Below are positions 41,644 through 50,800 of a stretch of 64,000 nucleotides of DNA, in pieces. Position numbers and translations under genes: made by a program. The notes under the pieces were generated by a model. That model was given only the letters and a program-made list of their open reading frames with translations, was not told the DNA's origin and did no database searches. Origin of the DNA: Yuukianura sp. NJ FZ-2021. Its lineage: Eukaryota. Location of the stretch: assembly GCA_046563655.1 (NCBI GenBank), contig CM102289.1, positions 3,658,001 to 3,722,000 on the forward strand, given 5' to 3'. Positions within the stretch are counted from its first letter, which is position 1. The number at the start of each line of letters is the position of its first letter.

Positions 41644-43270
41644 TCGTCCACTATAACTTCAATAAAACGAATTTACATGATTCTGATTTAACTTCTTTAC
41701 AAGGAAGCAAAGTATCAAGACATTTACTTAAGTAGAGTTTACCTTTCTCGTTCTCAATCGGTCAAATTGAATAGGATTAGCTCGAAAGGAATTACCGGCC
41801 GATTAGGTCACTACGTCAATGAATCAGTTCAATGTTCAATTACCCTCGTAACGTATTCTGTAATAACTCCAATGCAAACGATCGTACCGATTGAATTCAA
41901 ACAAGAAGTCGTGTAATTCGAAATGAAAATTCGATTGTTGAGTTCGTCCTGTGTTGTAGTTTAACTCAATTCGTAAAGTTACACTGTGTGTCTGTGATGC
42001 CAGAAGAATAGGTAGATGTACAAATTAATGGAATATTTATAGGAAATTAGAAATGAACAATAGCCAAAGGGAAAGGACCGACACTTAAACTTAAGAATGA
42101 GATAAACAAATAAGATCCTTTGTTTGTAGTTACCCGTTGTCCTTTCCCACCCTTCTGCGATTTTAAGTCACTCCACCGTCCGACTGTGCTGTGCTAGGGA
42201 CTTGCACCTTGTGATTTTACGAGATAAAAATGCGCCCAAAACTTCTTCAATTGCCTCGCCTTTCTTTCTGCACCTCACGACCACCCACCCCTCACACCAT
42301 GAGGGGAGATTTGTTGCATTTTGCAAACTTACAAAGTTACTTTTTAAACGTTAATAAATTGATCAAGATTTATTATCGGATCTTGTATTTCTAGACCAGT
42401 TTTATGGTACAGACGTCATTTATGTGTTTGCGCTGATTGGATTGGCTTTTACACTAACAGTGGAATTGAAACTAAGGACGGCTGTTTTACTGTATTACGC
42501 ATTGAAAATATGTCAATAACAAATTGCCGAGCCATAAGCAGTAGCAATTTCAACTTATTTACGTAGTGACTTCTTTCAGAGAAAAATTAACCATTTTAAA
42601 CTATATGACACCTTTTCAATCTTCAATTTTTTGCGCAGTCATTGTTAGACGAAATTGAAGCAACATTGGAACGGGTTTTGCAAATATCATTTCATAGTAC
42701 ATACTCATAAACGCCGATTGATTATTAATATTCATGGCACATACGTCCTCATATTTTCAAAAAAGCGATTTATTTTGTTGACTGGTGGATGGCCAAATGA
42801 TCGTTTTTATTACTTTTTACGTTAACTATTACATCACGATTACCTTTGTTGTGTCTAACTTTGACTCATGCTAATTTTTAAAGCACTCTCCAAACCTTTC
42901 AAGTTATAATTATATATTTCAGTTCTAACTTGTCGTGATTATTTCTTGGTAGGATGTGTCATGTCAACCGAACTGTTCAAAAAGTTATGTCATTTTTTTT
43001 CTGTAGAAAATTAATGTATGTATAAATCAAAAGTGTCATTTGAATTTGTACTGTTTTGCGCCGTTTCTCCTCCCTTCGATATGACGGCTTGAAATGATGC
43101 AATTGGGGCGGGGGAGCGCGTCTTTTACACCGGAAATCTCGTGTGGGCATCAACAAAAAATCGGGACATAATCTGAGAAGAGATAAACAAATCCGGGAAA
43201 TGCAAATACAGAAGGCGCTACGCCCGCCACTCCGTCACTAAAATGGCAATTAAATTCCCATTGTGTCCAA

Positions 43271-43923
43271 TAGGGAAGTTCAGATTCCACAACGTTACGA
43301 AACGTCCTGTCCCAACCTCTAAAACTGTTCAGTTGTATGAGTGGGAGTTTGGTAAAAAATATTGCAGCGGTAGCTCAAGTCTTACTATTGCTGCTTCGAG
43401 CTAATCTTTTTCCTATGCAAACTGGGGCCTCCCTAGGGTACTAAAGGTTAGGTTACGTTAGTTAGGTTAAGTTTGACTTTTGAAAATTTTTTCAGAATCG
43501 TATTCAGCATCCCCAAATTAGTCTACAAACCGATTTTCATCCATATTGGACAAAATTTTTTTAATTTTTTTTCGAAATTTTGAAGAAAAAAAATGCTTTT
43601 TTGAAAATCGAATATTATTTCCGGAAACAATTTTTTTGATTTTTTTTTTTTTTACTATCAGGGGTCTATAGGGCCTTCAGAGAAGAAATTTCATAATTTT
43701 CAAAAATGGGCCTGGATAATAAAATATTTCCGAAAATATATGCATCTGATTTTTGCTAAGATCCCCATGCTGGACTTACGACCTCAAAGCAGCAATAGTT
43801 AGAGTCAAAATAAAAATTCAATAATTTTACCAATTTTTTTTCTTATGAAGTGGAACAGTTTTTTTGATTGGGAGGACAGCATTTCGAGAAAAATTTTTGT
43901 CCCCTTTGCTCTGAACTTCCCTA
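43271..43923. mobile_element. hAT-like MITE (outer element of a nested pair)
   Basis: 14-bp TIR tagggaagttcaga/tctgaacttcccta. 8-bp TSD gtgtccaa at 43263-70 and 43924-31. Confidence 0.85.
43385..43798. mobile_element. PIF/Harbinger-like MITE nested in the hAT-like MITE
   Basis: 16-bp TIR ctattgctgcttcgag/ctcaaagcagcaatag (1 mismatch). TTA at 43382-84 and 43799-801. Confidence 0.75.
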
Positions 43924-44865
43924 GTGTCCAATGGTTGAAAATAGAGTTAGGATCGAACTCTTCGGAATGTTTCTATTCCTTACATTTTCTTACTCAATGG
44001 TCTTCGGCGTCTCATTTTTTTTTCAAATTGTATCTACAAAGTAGAAACCTTGCGAAATATTGGTCTTAAAAAATATTGAATCTGCTCAAACCCTATGTCT
44101 TCGTTTTTAACCTAAAAATTACATTGAAAATGCAATAATCCTCCCATTGTCATTGTCATTGTTCCACTTGGTTTGTTCCGTCAAGAATTTTAGGATACGC
44201 ATCAGAGCGAATACCGAAGATGCAATGTTACCAAAGAAGATCAACGAAGGAATTGCCCCAGTACGCCCGTGACAATGATCTCATTTACCCAGCATAAGAT
44301 TTAACAAAACAAAAAAGAACAGTTAGCCCAAGCATCTCGAAATTAGGTTCGGCCAACCAAAGTGTTTCAACACTCGAACAACGCTTTGAAACTATTCGTC
44401 AGTTTCAGTTGCAAGTTGCAACTGCAGCAAGTACATCGTCTTCGTATTGTCAACTCCAAATAGCTAAAAAAAAAATTAAGTTATTTAAATCTTCCTGATT
44501 TACTCCAAAAACAAGGTAAGCGTCATCGCCTATAAAGATACACGCAGACGCAACCTGCAAATTCGGTGTGCAATTCCTTTTAAAAGTGTTTGAGTGTTGC
44601 TCTGAAAGTTTTTGTTCATTTAAGGCAGCAATCACTACACCTTGACTTCTGTCTGCAAAATTCATCTGAGAAACCTCGAGGGCTTTGACTCCGGTGTCCT
44701 TCAAAATTCCGGAGAACAGGTTTGAATCCTTGGACCATGCCAATGCTCCGGCAAAAGCAATTTCTTACAACTTCTTTTCATATTTCAGAATTTGCCTATC
44801 ATCTGCTCTATTATTGAGTATTTAAAGTAAATCAAAACATAAGTGCTAAACACAAAAGCGGTACA

Positions 44866-47800
44866 ATGTCGCTGCTGCACTCCTTGTGTGTGATCTCACT
44901 CTTGGCTGTCACAGGACTCGAGGGTCAACAACCTTTGGAATTTGTTGTCAAATACACACTAAAAGATTTCAAGGCGCAAGTCCCAACCAAAAACCATTTT
45001 GTTTTGTTCTTCGTACCATGGTACACAAAATTTCAAAATTTTAAATTGCTTGCTTTCGAAAATTTTCGATTGCTTATTTTCTTAATTTTTTTTAAGGAAT
45101 AGTGAATCCAAATCCGTTGCTCCGATTTGGGAAGAATTGGGCCAAAAATACAGCAATCGTGGTGCAGATGACTTGGTATTGGCTAAGGTTGACTGCACGC
45201 AGGACGTTGATCTCTGTGCAGAACAAAATGTCACGGATTACCCCACGTAAGATCCAATTTTTAGCAGTTTCGACTTCGATGTTACATGCTTATAGCGTAT
45301 TTGACGAACATATTTTACTGTTCACAGGATCAGATTTTACAAAGTGGGAAGTTCGAACCAAGATGGCGTTGTTTTTCGTGGAGTCCGAGACTTTCATTCC
45401 ATTGAACACTTCCTCAACAAATTCATAAATCCTGGTGTTGAGGTATAATCCAATATTTTAAACTTACTAATGAAAAATATTCAAACGTCATCTTGGTATA
45501 GGTCGTCTACGGCGCACGCGTAGCAGTTCCGCCACCAGTTTCGTTTGGACTTTACACCTTGCTGGACGAAACGTTTGACTCTTTCATAGAAAGTGGTCAC
45601 ACTTTTATCAATTTCTGTGCTCCATGGTCCAGTCGCTGTATTGATCTCCAAGAAGCTTGGCCAGAATTGGCCCATCACTTCCAATACGACGAGGACATCA
45701 AGATAGGTCAACTGGACTGTACAATGTACAAATCCAAATGCAACGAACATAAAGTTCGTGGGTATCCAAGTCTGCTTTGGTTTACAGACGGCGTAATGGT
45801 AAGTAGAAGGCGGGAAAGTTTAAAACTACAGTGGATTCTCTAAATAAGGGACAGGAGCTCCTCCTCTTTCTCACTTTCACTCGAAGTCGCGGTACCGTAA
45901 AGTTTTAATTTTGGAGAGAACGTATGTTTCAGTTTATCGGCTTATTTTTTACGATTGTTTTTTTTTGGTTAATTTTTTTTTGGTGCGAAACAAAAGTAAT
46001 TAGATAATTAAATGGAATTAACTAATATTAATATATATATATTATATATATATATATATTATATATATATATATATACATCTGCGCACAAACTGTGCAAC
46101 AGCGCACAACCTGCGCAACAGCGCACAACCTGCGCAACAGCGCACAACCTGCGCAACAGCGCACAACCTGCGCAACAGCGCACAACCTGCGCAACAGCGC
46201 ACAACCTGCGCAACTGCGCACAACCTGCGCAACTGCGCACAACCTGCGCAACTGCGCACAAACTGCGCACAACCTGCGCAACTGCGCACAAACTGCGCAA
46301 CTGCGCACAACCTGCGCAACAGCGCACAACCTGCGCAACAGCGCACAACCTGCGCAACAGCGCACAACCTGCGCAACAGCGCACAACCTGCGCAACAGCG
46401 CACAACCTGCGCAACAGCGCACAACCTGCGCAACAGCGCACAACCTGCGCAACTGCGCACAACCTGCGCAACTGCGCACAACCTGCGCAACTGCGCACAA
46501 CCTGCGCAACTGCGCACAAACTGCGCACAACCTGCGCAACTGCGCACAAACTGCGCAACTGCGCACAACCTGCGCAACTGCGCACAACCTGCGCAACTGC
46601 GCACAAATTGCGCAACTGCGCACAAACTGCGCAACTGCGCACAACCTGCGCAACTGCGCACAAACTGCGCAACAGCGCACAAACTGCGCACAAGTGCGGG
46701 TATAATGACGCTCGTCAAACCTTACCTCAACCAAGCTAACAATAAAATAAAAATTGTCTAAATCAATCAATTCAATTTATTTGATTTTGGCCTTTTGCCC
46801 TATCAAATTACAAATCCTGCAGCTCGTTTAAGTTAAATAATAAGTAAGATAATAAGTAAAATACGTAAAATAATAAGAAAGGAGCTTAGCGTAGTGAAAC
46901 ATGTGCAATAGTCACAAAGCATGAAAGTAGAATTATAATGATAATGAGTCAAAATTGAATGAAAATTGGGGTAATGTTTTATCTACGGGTAAATGAGGTG
47001 TCCCAGGGGTCCTAGTCCTGGTTCCTTTGTCTTCCCGGTTTATCGCTCCAGGGTTGGCTCGAACATTGACAGAACTGTGTGGTTCATATTTTGAAGCTTT
47101 TTGACAAAGTTGATCTCGGTGGCGTGTGCATTGGCCCAGCTAATCGGACATTGGTACAGCGGGATGTGCAATTGGTTTCTGTGTGTAGTAGTCTGAGGGC
47201 AGGTCCATAGAGCATGGTAGTATGATAGTTGATCCCCACAGAAACTACAGTACTTTTCCTTGAACTGGCCGAGATCAAGCCATTTTCGGTTGTGGTAAAC
47301 CTGGTTCATGTTCAGTCGGATCTGGAAAACTGTTCTGGTGAGATAGGCTTGGAATCGTTTGGATAATAATTCCTTCGCCGGGAATTCTTCAGCAATGGTA
47401 GAGTAGTGTGGGATGGAATTGGACTGCGATGCACTTCTTTTATCTGTTTCACGGTAGAAATTCGCGAGTTTCTTGAGTATTGTTTTCGTTTTTGTTCTAA
47501 TGTCATTTAAGTTTTCGCAATCGTACGCGCTCTCTTCCCCGATTTGAGCAAGGGCAGCTCTAAGCTGTAGACACCAGCTGTATTTTTCGTCGGGATGGAG
47601 AAGCGAGACTTTTCTTAGTTGTAAATATGCGTTTTTTGTGAGGTCAGAGCAAGATTGAGAGCGGAATTTTGTGAACAGGCGCCAGGACCTTTTGACAATT
47701 TCGAATTCTAGAGGAAGAGACTCTGTTTCCAGCCGTATGAAGTACCTCGGAGTGGTGAACGGTAAGTGGAATACTCTTTTGTAGAAGTTCTGTTGAACCG

Positions 47801-50800
47801 TTTCTATGGAGTTGGAGTGCAGTAAACCCCAGGTTTCACAGTTGTATAGGGTTGTGGATTTTACAATTGAGTTTAGTAGCCTCTTGACGGTCCATAGGTC
47901 AATGTAGGCAGGTTTCTTCAGTAAGCTAAAAACAGCTCCTTGTGCTGATGTTCCTTTTTCCACTGCGATCTTTGCCGCCTTTTGGAAGGTGCCGTTAGAT
48001 TGGAAGATTACACCAAGGTACTTGTATTCCACCACTGTGTCTATCCTTGTTCCATTCCAGAAGAACACGTCGTCTTTTCGTATTCTCCCCGATCGACGGA
48101 ATGGTATTACCTTGGTTTTTCCAAGGTTGACCTGGAGACCTCTGGATTTGAAGAAGTTGGAGGCGATTTTGATTTTCTCCTGAAGCAGCTCCTTGGACTG
48201 TGCTGTGATGACAAGGTCGTCAGCGTATAAGAGAACATGAATAATACGGGAGCCCAGAGTGTAGCCTTTGAGTAATGAATTGGTAAACCTGTTCACTAGG
48301 TCTTCAATGAACAAATTGAAAAGGGTAGGACTGGCAGATTCACCTTGAAGCACCCCTTTCATTATTTTAATGGGGTCCGTGAGTCCTTCGGTGGTGTTAA
48401 TTTGGGTAGTGGCGTTGTCATAGAGGCACTTGAATACATTTAGAAATTTAGTTGAGACACCCATGTTTCCCAGGACCTCCCAGAGGAGAAAGTGGTTTGG
48501 AGTGTCAAAGGCCTGTGACAAGTCAACGAATGCGACATATAACTCCTTTTGTTTCAACATCTGGCATTGAATCATAGCCATTAATGTAAATATGTGGTCG
48601 GTGCACGATCTAGATTTTCTGAAGCCAGCTTGAAAGTCAGAGATTTTGTTGTTGACATTTATCCAGTTGTTGAGTCTGGAGTTCAGCACTTTAGTGAACA
48701 GCTTTAGTACCGTATTCATCAGCGATATTGGGCGGTAATTTTGCGGCTGGTCTTTTGGTCCTTTTTTGTGTAAGGGAAGTATTCGAGTATTACACCAATG
48801 AGGTGGCAGTATCCCGCTCTGAAGGATATTTTGAAAGAGAGTAACCAGGAATATTAGAATGTTTGGGGTGGCTGCTTTCATTAACTCGTTAGGGATTCTG
48901 TCAGGACCTGTTGCTTTGCGTGTTTTCAATGACTTTGTTGCCATCCTTATCTCAATTGCTGTTACGTCACGATCTAGTATTTCATTTTCTACGAATGTTG
49001 TATGTTGGAGTTGATGATTCGGAATGTCACGTGCTTTAAAGAGTTCTTGGAAGTGTTGGAACCACGTATTCTTCGGGATTTTGTCTTGTGTGTTTGAGTG
49101 AGCTGTGAAGTACTTTACCGCCTTCCAGAAGTTACCCGGGTCTTTGGATGAGTGGAGATGCGAGATAAAATTCGACAGGTACAGAGATTTTTTGTTAACT
49201 AATTGTTGTTTGTATAGTTTCTGGGCTTCTATGTAGCGTTGGGCACATGCCGCTCTGTTCTCTTCGTTGCATCTTCTCAACTTGCGGAGGGCGTTGTTTT
49301 TCTTCCATTTCGATGAGTTCAGTTCCGCGTCGAACCACTTAGGCTTTGGTCTTGCTGGTTTTGGCTTTGACTTCGTGTGGTTACCTGTTGCCTTTGCTGT
49401 TTCTAGGACTTTTTGTTGTAGTTGAAGGCTAGCTTCATTTGCATCCTTGATGTCATAATTCAGAGAGGTCTCAAGAAGTTTATAGAAGTCGTATTTTGCC
49501 ATTTTTTCTGTAGGAATTATTATTTTCTCTTGGGTCAAGCCACTGTGATTCTGCGGTTGGTTCACCGTTTGTAGAAGGGAGACGAGCAAAGGGAAGTGAT
49601 CCGAGTGATGCCAGTCTAGTATTTTCAAGTCCCTAACGTTGCCTTGCCAGTTCTGGGATGTGAGCACAAGATCTACCACACTGCACCCTGCGTTTGCTGG
49701 GTTTACCATGGTTATTTCTCCTTGTTCATCTCCTGATATTGCTCCATTACAAATTGTAAGGTTACACTCGGCCGCAACTGATAGCAGGTTTCTCCCATTT
49801 CCATTTATGAACTTGTCCTTGCTTTTTCTTTTGTACAATGGGGTGGTGTTTCTTTCCCCGGTTCTTGAATTTAAGTCTCCCATTAGCAATATCGGTTTGT
49901 TTGTGAATTTTAGAGTTTCAAGTGTATCAGTCACTAGTTTTTGGTTGGATTTGTCCGGAGGAATGTAGGCGAATAGCAGGAGAAATTGTGATTGGTGATT
50001 GCGGACGGCTAGTAGTATTGAGTGCTCCGTCGTTTCTAGTAAAGTGATTTCTGAGTCTATTGAACTGTGCCAGCCAAAAATGAAACCCCCGTAAGGACGT
50101 CCCCTGTCTTGTTTTTTGGCTAGGATTTGGTGAACTGTATATTGTTGCTGTAGTATGTGATTTTTATAATTTTCCCATTGCATTGATTCTGATAGGCAGA
50201 AAAGAGAGGGTTGGAGTGTCAAGAATTCGTTCCAGAAAGTCGGTCCTAAGTTATTTACACTTTTTGCATTCAGATAGAAGATTGTCATGTTGGTTAAAAA
50301 TGATTCGCTGCAGGATCCTGTACTTGTTTTGTTTGGTAGGCTATTGATGGGGCGGCCGAGTCCTCATTTTGGGGCAGGGAATGAGCTTCGGGTGGCCGAA
50401 GCAAAAGTTCTGGAAATAGTAGGATTGGATGTTCCTGGCGCTAGAGTTCGGGATTCAGAGGCCCGTTGTCTTAATTCGCGATTTTTTTGCCGTTCCATTC
50501 TGGTTTCCAGAGTAAGGTCTTCGGTAATGGAGTAGATGTCTTTATTTTGAATGAAGGTCTTCCGAAGCTGAAGGGCTTGCATACGTTGGGCGAATGTCAA
50601 AATGCGCACTTTGATTGGGCGGGGCTTATCAGACGACGGGTTGAATCTTCCAATCCGGAATGCATCTTCTACATTAATCCTGAGTTTGTAATGATTGAAG
50701 AAGTCGTTAGTAATGTTCATCGTGTTTTCGTTTGTAGTTTCCGGAAGTCCATGAATTAGAAGGTTGTTGCGTCTTAGTTCGTCTGTGAGACGGGAGTTCA

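Larger units (their letters stand above)
45837..46714 (+). mobile_element. Putative non-autonomous Helitron-like element carrying (TA)n and a 19-bp satellite
   Basis: Starts TC(tctaaataag); ends with hairpin cgcac-aa-gtgcg about 12 nt before CTCG|T (CTRR-like, 1 mismatch). No TIR or TSD. Removing it and the LINE leaves a ~105-nt intron. Confidence 0.45.

Noticed and set aside
44450..44743. 97-aa minus-strand ORF
   Set aside because: No recognisable domain or splice support; overlaps the presumed TXNDC5 5' region.
46012..46770. Five overlapping 200-250 aa ORFs on both strands
   Set aside because: Translations of the stop-free 19-bp minisatellite inside an intron; no coding evidence.
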